Below are positions 57,376 to 64,000 of a DNA stretch of 64,000 nucleotides, piece by piece. How positions within the stretch are numbered: the stretch's first letter is position 1; each line of letters opens with the position of its first letter. The notes beneath the pieces are model-generated. The model worked only from the letters and a program-made list of their open reading frames with translations. It did not search any database and had not been told where the DNA came from. A program made the translations under genes and the position numbers. Source of the DNA: Thermoplasmatota archaeon (lineage in GTDB: Archaea > Thermoplasmatota > Thermoplasmata > UBA10834); contig JBFMHR010000004.1 of the NCBI GenBank assembly GCA_040751795.1, forward strand, positions 64,001 through 128,000, given 5' to 3'.

Positions 57376-58416
57376 CTACACGTCCCAGAAGGGGACGATG
57401 TCGCACGAGAGGCAGGCGTGGCACATGGTCCTGAAACGCAGCGTGGACAGGCCGTGGTCCTCGAGTATCGACTTCTCTGCGATCGCCAACCTCAACATCC
57501 TGTCCGCGGTCACGGGCTCCAGCTTCCCGAGGCTCTCCTCGAGGGCGGACGCGTTCACCTCGTCCCTCCTGAGGGCCCTTAGGGTCGCGACCGCGCCCAT
57601 GTTCGCCAGGACCCTGGCCCCCTCGAGGACGTTCCCGTCGTCCTCGCCGAGCCCGAAGATGATGTTGGAGCAGACCCTGTTCCTCCCGAAGACCTCGCCG
57701 GCGTGATTTATCGCGTGGAGTATGTGGTCGAGGTCCATGTCCCCGCAGACCTTCTCGAATATGTCCCTGTCGAAGGTCTCGACGTTGAGCTTGATCTCGT
57801 CGGCCCCGGCCTCCCTGAGCATGTCCACCTCGTCCGGCCTGGTGGCGTAGGGCTCGACGCCGATGGGCACCCCGGGCAGCTCTGCCCTGACCCTCCTGAC
57901 CAGGCCGGCCATCCTCCTGACCGTCATGGCGGGGGAGTGCGCCACGGCGCTCGTGAAAGCCACGGACTGGAACCCCTCCTTCCGCGAGGCCTCGAGGACC
58001 ATCCCGACTATCCCGTCGTCGGTGAGGTCCTTGGTCGCGTCCCTGCCGAGCCTGGGCGAGTTGCAGAACTTGCAGTCGTACACGCACGCGCTCTCGATGT
58101 TGACGAAGGCCTGGTAGGGCGCGTGCATCATCGTCGGGACCAGCTCCACGCCGTCGATGAACGCCTCGCCGCGCCTGGTGATGGACAGGCGCTCCCCGTC
58201 GGCGACCAGCTCGAACTCCCCCGGCTCCCTCGAGACGGCCTTCTTCGCCCTGGTCCCGCCGAAGGAGAACACGATGGACGTGCGTCCCGCCCCCGGCCCC
58301 GCAGTCGACCTGCTGGCGGGGAACGGGAGCCGGAAGCCGTCGGGGAGCGTCACGTGGCCGCCGGCGAGCAGCTCGGCCTTCAGCCTCGCCGTCCGCGGGC
58401 TCACTTCCGCTTCCAT
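57376..58416 (-). CDS. Radical SAM protein (biotin synthase-related) with C-terminal CxxCxxC
   Basis: CVYDCKFC motif, IGVEPY, KLNVET, SNIIFGLGE, terminal MCHACLSCD. Confidence 0.85.
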   Translation of the reverse strand: MEAEVSPRTARLKAELLAGGHVTLPDGFRLPFPASRSTAGPGAGRTSIVFSFGGTRAKKAVSREPGEFELVADGERLSITRRGEAFIDGVELVPTMMHAPYQAFVNIESACVYDCKFCNSPRLGRDATKDLTDDGIVGMVLEASRKEGFQSVAFTSAVAHSPAMTVRRMAGLVRRVRAELPGVPIGVEPYATRPDEVDMLREAGADEIKLNVETFDRDIFEKVCGDMDLDHILHAINHAGEVFGRNRVCSNIIFGLGEDDGNVLEGARVLANMGAVATLRALRRDEVNASALEESLGKLEPVTADRMLRLAIAEKSILEDHGLSTLRFRTMCHACLSCDIVPFWDV

Positions 58417-59852
58417 ACCGCACCGTCTTTGGTGTCGCTCACTTCGACGCCGAGCTCCGCCAGCCTCTTCCTGACCCTGTCGGCGTACGCGAAGTCCTTC
58501 TTCGCCCTCGCCGCCGAGCGCAGCTGCACCCACTCCTCGACCTTCCCGTCCGAGAGCCCCTCCTTCGTGATCGTCTCAGGGTCGGGGAACTCGCCGACTG
58601 GCACGGCGTCCCGCACCACCGCGTGCCTCGTCGCTTCCAGGACGTCGAATATCTGGTTGAACCTGCGGAACACGCCGACGACGTTCCCGGCGCCCTTCCT
58701 GCTCAGGCGCCCCTCGCCGATGAGCCTGTTCGCCTCCCTGGCGAAGTCGTACATGACGGCGATGGCCTCCCTGCTGGAGAAGTCGTCGTCCATCCTCTCC
58801 TCGACCCTCCCCCAGGCGCCGTCGCAGAGCCCCTGCGCGTCGTCCGCCCCCTTCGCGCCGTCCAGCGCCGCCAGGGCGGCGTCGTAGGCGTTGTTGAGCT
58901 TCTCCAGCGCCTTCCTCGCCTCCTCGAGGGAGGTCTCGTCGTACTCGAGGGGGGCGCTGTAGGTCGCGTTGAGGACGAAGAACCTGACCACCTCGGGCCT
59001 GTACCTCGCGAGTATGTCGTGGATGGTGAAGAAGTTCTTCAGGGACTTGGACATCTTCTCCTCGCCGATCGTGAGCATGCCGTTGTGCATCCAGTACCTC
59101 ACGAACGGCGCGCCGTTGTACGCCTCGGACTGGAGTATCTCGTTCTCGTGGTGCGGGAAGACCAGGTCCGTCCCGCCCCCGTGGATGTCGACGGTCGGCC
59201 CTATGTGCTTCAGGCACATGGCGGAGCACTCGATGTGCCAGCCGGGCCGGCCCTTCCCCCAGGGGGAGTCCCAGGCGATCTCGCCGGGCTTCGCCGCCTT
59301 CCAGAGCGCGAAGTCCATGGGGTCGCGCTTGTCCTCCCCCGGGTCCACCCTGGCCCCTGCGACCGTCTGGTCCAGGCTCTGGCCGGAGAGCTTCCCGTAC
59401 TCCGCCGCCCTGCGGACGCTGAAGTAGACCGACCCGTTCGACTCGTAGGCGTACCCCTTCTCCTCGAGCCCCTTGACCATGGCTATTATCTCGGGCATGG
59501 TCTCGGAGGCCTTCGGGTAGACATCGGCCCGCTTCACCTTGAGCCTGGCCATGTCCTCCTCGTACGCTCCGATCATGTCCCCGGAGAGCCTCAGCGGGTC
59601 GATGCCCATCTCGTTGGCGCGGGCGATGATCTTGTCGTCCACGTCGGTGAAGTTGGTGACATGCCTGACGTCGTACCCCCTGTATCTGAGCCACCGGACG
59701 ATCAGGTCGAAGTTGATGGCCGACTTGGCGTGGCCCAGGTGGGACCTGTCGTAGACGGTCACTCCGCAGACGTAGATGCCCACCCTGCCATCGACGAGCG
59801 GTTCGAAGGGCTCCTTCCGCCTGGTGAGCGAGTTGTGGATGGTGACTGCCAT
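58401..59852 (-). CDS. cysS: Cysteinyl-tRNA synthetase
   Basis: YVCGVTVYD..HLGH, DFALWK, GRPGWHIECSAM, HGGG.DL.FPHHENE, KMSKS. Confidence 0.97.
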   Translation of the reverse strand: MAVTIHNSLTRRKEPFEPLVDGRVGIYVCGVTVYDRSHLGHAKSAINFDLIVRWLRYRGYDVRHVTNFTDVDDKIIARANEMGIDPLRLSGDMIGAYEEDMARLKVKRADVYPKASETMPEIIAMVKGLEEKGYAYESNGSVYFSVRRAAEYGKLSGQSLDQTVAGARVDPGEDKRDPMDFALWKAAKPGEIAWDSPWGKGRPGWHIECSAMCLKHIGPTVDIHGGGTDLVFPHHENEILQSEAYNGAPFVRYWMHNGMLTIGEEKMSKSLKNFFTIHDILARYRPEVVRFFVLNATYSAPLEYDETSLEEARKALEKLNNAYDAALAALDGAKGADDAQGLCDGAWGRVEERMDDDFSSREAIAVMYDFAREANRLIGEGRLSRKGAGNVVGVFRRFNQIFDVLEATRHAVVRDAVPVGEFPDPETITKEGLSDGKVEEWVQLRSAARAKKDFAYADRVRKRLAELGVEVSDTKDGAVWKRK

Positions 59853-59883
59853 CGTATTCCCTCTCAAATCACGGCTGGGCCTA

Positions 59884-60609
59884 TTAATCCTTCTGAGGTG
59901 TGGGGCAGGCCAGCTCCTCGGGCCTGCCAGCGCCCTTCTTGGCCGTGGCGATCTTCTTGGCCGACTCGAGCCCGAGCTTCTTCTCGATCATCTCGAGCCT
60001 GTACTCCATCTCGGAGAGGCTGTGGCAGAGGTCCACGAAGGCGTTGACGACGGGGTCCGGCAGCTCCTCGTGGTGCAGGTCTATGGAGGTAGCGCCCTCC
60101 CTCTTGACTATCTTGGCGGGCACGCCGACGACCGTCGAGTTGGGCGGGACCGACTTGACGACGACTGAGCCGGCGCCGACCCTGACGTTGTCGCCTATCA
60201 CGACCGGCCCCAGGATGGTCGCCCCCGCGCCTATCACGACGTTGTTGCCTATGGTCGGGTGGCGCTTCTTCTTCTCGGTGCTCACGCCGCCGAGCGTGAC
60301 GCCCTGGTAGACCGACACGTTGTCGCCTATCTCGGCCGTCTCGCCGATGACCACGCCCGTGGCGTGGTCGATGAAGAAACCCTTGCCGATGGTCGCGCCC
60401 GGGTGTATGTCCGCCCCGGTGAGGACCCGCGAGACGTAGTTGAGCGCCCTCGCCGTCTTGAAGTGGCCCTTCAGGTACTGCCTGTGCGAGGCCCTGTAGC
60501 ACCTGATCGCGTGCAGGCCCGGGCTGAAGAGCATCGCCTCCGCCCTGCTCTTTACGGCGGGGTCCCGCTCCAGGACGATGTCGATGTCCCTCTTCCCAGT
60601 CTCGGCCAT
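59884..60609 (-). CDS. cysE: Serine O-acetyltransferase
   Basis: RDPA, PGLHA, DIHPGA.IG..FFIDHATGVVIGETA, GVTLGG..KRHPT. Confidence 0.95.
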   Translation of the reverse strand: MAETGKRDIDIVLERDPAVKSRAEAMLFSPGLHAIRCYRASHRQYLKGHFKTARALNYVSRVLTGADIHPGATIGKGFFIDHATGVVIGETAEIGDNVSVYQGVTLGGVSTEKKKRHPTIGNNVVIGAGATILGPVVIGDNVRVGAGSVVVKSVPPNSTVVGVPAKIVKREGATSIDLHHEELPDPVVNAFVDLCHSLSEMEYRLEMIEKKLGLESAKKIATAKKGAGRPEELACPTPQKD

Positions 60610-60614
60610 CGCGG

Positions 60615-61541
60615 TCAGTCTCCAAACAGGTCAGTGCTCAAATATCTTTCTCCGGAGTCCGGGAAGACCACGACGACGTTCCTGCCTGGCCCCAGCTCCT
60701 TCGCGACAGCCAGCGCGGCCCAAGCGGCCGCGCCGGACGATATCCCGACGAACATCCCCTCGAGCCTCGCGAGGTCGCGCGCGGTCCTCGCCGCGTCCTC
60801 GCCGCGGACCCTGATGACGGAATCGTAGACATCCGTGTCGAGAGCCTCGGGCACGAACCCCGCGCCGATCCCCTGGATTCTGTGGGGCCCGGGCGCGCCC
60901 CCGGACAGCACGGGCGACTCGTCGGGCTCCACTGCCACGACCCGGACCTCCGGGAACCTCCTCCTGAGCGCCTGGCCTACTCCGGTCACGGTGCCGCCCG
61001 TGCCCACGCCAGCGACGAAGGCGTCCACGCGGTCCATGGCCCTGATGATCTCCCTCGCCGTGGTCTTCCGGTGGGTCCAGGGGTTGGACTTGTTCCTGAA
61101 CTGCTGCGGCATGAACGACCCGGGTGTGGCGGCGGCGAGCTCCTCCGCCTTCTGCACAGCCCCTTTCATCCCCGACGGGCCGGGAGTGAGGACCAGCTCC
61201 GCCCCGAAGGCCTTGAGGACCCTCCTCCGCTCCACGCTCATCGTCTCGGGCATGGTGAGCACGAGGCGGTGACCCTTCACGGCGCAGACCATGGCCAGGC
61301 CGATGCCGGTGTTGCCGGACGTGGGCTCTATCACGACGGTGCCCTCCCCGACCAGCCCCTTCCTCTCGGCCGCCTCGATCATTCCCTTGGCTATCCTGTC
61401 CTTGACGGAGCCCATGGGGTTGAACCACTCCAGCTTCGCGTAGACGTCGGCCCCCCCGGGAGGGGCGAGCCTGGAGAGCCTGACGATGGGGGTGTTCCCC
61501 ACCGTGTCGAGGATGCTCGGGAGCGGTTTGCGTCTAGCCAT
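60615..61541 (-). CDS. cysK: Cysteine synthase A (O-acetylserine sulfhydrylase)
   Basis: [53 protein letters not shown]. Confidence 0.96.
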   Translation of the reverse strand: MARRKPLPSILDTVGNTPIVRLSRLAPPGGADVYAKLEWFNPMGSVKDRIAKGMIEAAERKGLVGEGTVVIEPTSGNTGIGLAMVCAVKGHRLVLTMPETMSVERRRVLKAFGAELVLTPGPSGMKGAVQKAEELAAATPGSFMPQQFRNKSNPWTHRKTTAREIIRAMDRVDAFVAGVGTGGTVTGVGQALRRRFPEVRVVAVEPDESPVLSGGAPGPHRIQGIGAGFVPEALDTDVYDSVIRVRGEDAARTARDLARLEGMFVGISSGAAAWAALAVAKELGPGRNVVVVFPDSGERYLSTDLFGD

Positions 61542-61808
61542 CGCGCACCGTGAGAGCATATGGCACGAACTTATATAGGTTAGCCGGGGCGGGGAGGGCG
61601 TCCCGCGGCGTCGACGTACGTAACTGTCCCACGGCCGGAGACGGGCGGAGTCAGTATCGTCCGGTGCTTCGAGGGTTGCACTACATTTCTAGGTTTGAAC
61701 CACAATCCTATTAACGCCGTGAACCGGGTTGCGTGCCGGCACGGACGCTTAGGGGGGCGCGACGACGGGTACTGCTGGCTCTCCCCCAGGCGCAGCCGTA
61801 GAAGGAGT

Positions 61809-62543
61809 ATGGGGGGAGACAACACGCGCAACAAGAAGCTGCTTGTGGGAGCAGTCGCCCTGGTAATGCTGTCCTTGACAGCAGTGCAGGCGACCGCTGA
61901 GTACAGCCTGGAAGAGAGCGTCATATACGCCGAGGGCATAGGCTTCGACGGCCTCGAGGTGGTCCCGAACGCGGCGTTCCCTGCGACGATAGTGGGGCCC
62001 GCCACGAACGTGATGGTGGACTGGTCTGACGACATCGTGTTCCACCAGTTCCCGGCCGGACAGAAGGTGAGGACCGAGGTGGTCCTGCACAACATGAACC
62101 TCGACGGGACGGTCGGCCCCGCGGTCTACACGATCACCGCGCACCTGCTGATCGCACCTGTCAACGCCGACGGGACGCTCGGCCCGGCGATATACGAGAG
62201 CTGCATCGCCGAGGGCCTGTGGGTCGACGGACCATCGGACGCGTACTCGGCCGAGGTCAACGAGCTGGGCCTGCTGCTCTACGGGTACAACTGGGACACC
62301 CGCGGCCTCGCAGCCGGCACCTACCGCCTCGTCTTCTGGCTCGAGAAGGACGCCAGCTGCCCGGACGTGAACCCGTACAGCGGGCTGCCGGTCGCCTACA
62401 ACCCTGTGCAGATGACCCAGGGCGCGCCGGGCGACACCGACACCTCCGCCGGGACGATATACGGCATCGTCGGCTACGACCTAGCCAGCAACATATCGTG
62501 GCTGGACATCACCCTCCTCGCCAAGAAGACTGGCAGGAAGTGA
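61809..62543 (+). CDS. Secreted protein, paralog 1 of a tandem family (unknown function)
   Basis: Signal peptide (NKKLLVGAVAL..ATA/EY); shares VM.DWSDDIV.HQ..AG.KVR.EV.L and DAY.AE.N..G.LLYG.NWDT..L.AG.YRL.FW with 62794..63513. Confidence 0.8.
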   Translation: MGGDNTRNKKLLVGAVALVMLSLTAVQATAEYSLEESVIYAEGIGFDGLEVVPNAAFPATIVGPATNVMVDWSDDIVFHQFPAGQKVRTEVVLHNMNLDGTVGPAVYTITAHLLIAPVNADGTLGPAIYESCIAEGLWVDGPSDAYSAEVNELGLLLYGYNWDTRGLAAGTYRLVFWLEKDASCPDVNPYSGLPVAYNPVQMTQGAPGDTDTSAGTIYGIVGYDLASNISWLDITLLAKKTGRK

Positions 62544-62793
62544 GGGGAAACCCGAAGGGGGTGCGGGGCCATCCGGCCCCTCATCCCGTACCATTTTCTT
62601 CTCCGCCGCCGACCGATGGCGTCGTTGCAGGGTATATGAAGTCAGTACGGTGTCTTATCAGCCCGTTATTTCGATGAATGCACCAATACCGATATATCTT
62701 CTCCAATCATGACTCGGTCTGGCACGGTGGGCATCCCGGGGCGCGGCTTCCCGTGTGCCGGGGCCCATCTGTACGAAGAGATGAGGGGGAGAC

Positions 62794-63513
62794 ATGAGAA
62801 GCAGAGGATTCGTAGCTGGAGCGGTGGCACTCGCCATGCTGGCGCTGTGCTCCGGACAGGCGGCGGCGGAATACCCGCTGGGCGTGAACGTGGTGTGCCC
62901 CGAGGGGTACTTCGTCGGCGGAGAGCCGGTGGTCGACGGCCAGGTGCAGGATGCTGGCACCCTGTTCGTCAGGCCGGCTAGCGATGTGATGCTCGACTGG
63001 TCGGACGACATTGTGTACCACCAGTGGACCGCCGGGTCGAAGGTCAGGGTCGAGGTCATCCTGACGGAGCCGGCCACGGGCGCGTACGTCTACACGCTGG
63101 CCGCGCACTTCCAGGTCGAGCAGCAGCAGGCTGACGGCACCTGGTTGGCGATATACGGGCCGAAGTCCATCGGCGGGGACCTGTGGATCGAGGGACCGGA
63201 CAGCAAGGACGCCTACAGGGCGGAGATCAACTCCGAGGGCTGGCTGCTCTACGGGTTCAACTGGGACACGAAGGACCTCCCTGCGGGGGCCTACAGGCTG
63301 AGCTTCTGGATCGGCGACGTGCCGGCCCAGGACCCGCTCGGGAACCCGATATCGCCCCTCGGCGTCGACATAACGTCCGGCGCGCCCGGCGACACCGAGG
63401 CGCTGAGCGGCGAGATACTCGCCACCGTCGAGTACGACTTCGCGGCGGACTACTCGTCGCTCGTGCTCGAGCTGCTCCCGAAGGAGCACGGCCGGGGCAT
63501 CAGCGGGAAGTGA
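62794..63513 (+). CDS. Secreted protein, paralog 2 of a tandem family (unknown function)
   Basis: GGGGGAGAC RBS then ATG; signal peptide ending AAA/EY; extensive identity to paralog 1 including GAPGDT. Confidence 0.82.
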   Translation: MRSRGFVAGAVALAMLALCSGQAAAEYPLGVNVVCPEGYFVGGEPVVDGQVQDAGTLFVRPASDVMLDWSDDIVYHQWTAGSKVRVEVILTEPATGAYVYTLAAHFQVEQQQADGTWLAIYGPKSIGGDLWIEGPDSKDAYRAEINSEGWLLYGFNWDTKDLPAGAYRLSFWIGDVPAQDPLGNPISPLGVDITSGAPGDTEALSGEILATVEYDFAADYSSLVLELLPKEHGRGISGK

Positions 63514-63755
63514 CCCGCTGGCGTCCTCGAAACGACAAACCCCTTGGCACTTCTTTTCCACCTTCTGCGGCGGTTTCCACGTCGGTTCACCTCGATATCA
63601 CCCCTGATAAAGTCAGTACGCGGGGATTTCACCGCGTTATATCTATGCGCGTACCAAAACCGAATACTACCCCCGCCCGGCATACGGCAGGCTCACGGCC
63701 GGCACGGAGAAGACAGGGGGGCGAGTGCCCTCACGGCCGATTACGAGGGGGAGAC

Positions 63756-64000
63756 ATGAAGACGAAGACTTTGGGCGTCGGAGCGATGGCCCTGGTCCTG
63801 GTGTCGATGGCTCTGCTCTCCGCTCCCGCGGAGGCGAAGTACAACGGCGACAGGCCGGACGTCACAGGGATATATGACTACAACCAGAACATCACGTTCA
63901 GCGAGATCGTGGTGTTGCAGGAGCTGGACATCGGGACCGGCCTGTTTGTCGACGTCGAGTACGGCGTGGACTTCGACGGGACGCTGTTCAGGCTCGGCGA
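63756..64000 (+). CDS. Secreted protein, third array member (5' part; runs off the window edge)
   Basis: Same GGGGGAGAC-ATG context; manual translation MKTKTLGVGAMALVLVSMALLSAPAEA/KYNGDRPDV..., open to the window end. Confidence 0.7.
   Translation, partial: MKTKTLGVGAMALVLVSMALLSAPAEAKYNGDRPDVTGIYDYNQNITFSEIVVLQELDIGTGLFVDVEYGVDFDGTLFRLG

Noticed and set aside
1-64000. CRISPR arrays, rRNA genes, IS elements/transposases, integrases
   Set aside because: No regularly spaced repeats, rRNA-like segments or transposase/recombinase motifs were seen

Overview
High-GC archaeal chromosome segment, most consistent with Thermoplasmatota (Thermoplasmata-like). This is inferred from the rpl18e-rpl13-rps9-rpoN-tRNA-Pro cluster, thermosome plus DnaK/DnaJ/GrpE, PAN, Hef and an AGT-EndoV fusion. 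Most of the window is housekeeping: translation, chaperones, DNA repair, cofactor, isoprenoid and cysteine metabolism. The standout is a compact four-gene ubiquitin-like conjugation operon at 4806-7059, encoding an E1 (ThiF), a Ubl ending directly in Gly-Gly, a eukaryote-like E2/UBC with HPN and catalytic Cys, and an Rpn11/CSN5-like JAMM isopeptidase. No E3 is visible. Other notable items are a 1.2-kb integrase-less islet in tRNA-Pro bounded by a perfect 22-bp direct repeat and carrying a CDF metal exporter, two pyrrolysine-free MttB-family methyltransferases, a CBS-HPF fusion (candidate ribosome hibernation factor), Hef with a degenerate nuclease motif, a haloarchaeal-type phosphomevalonate decarboxylase alongside a UbiD, and a tandem array of secreted paralogs with duplicated upstream motifs. 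All calls come from motif recognition by eye; no database searches were run, and start codons are best estimates.
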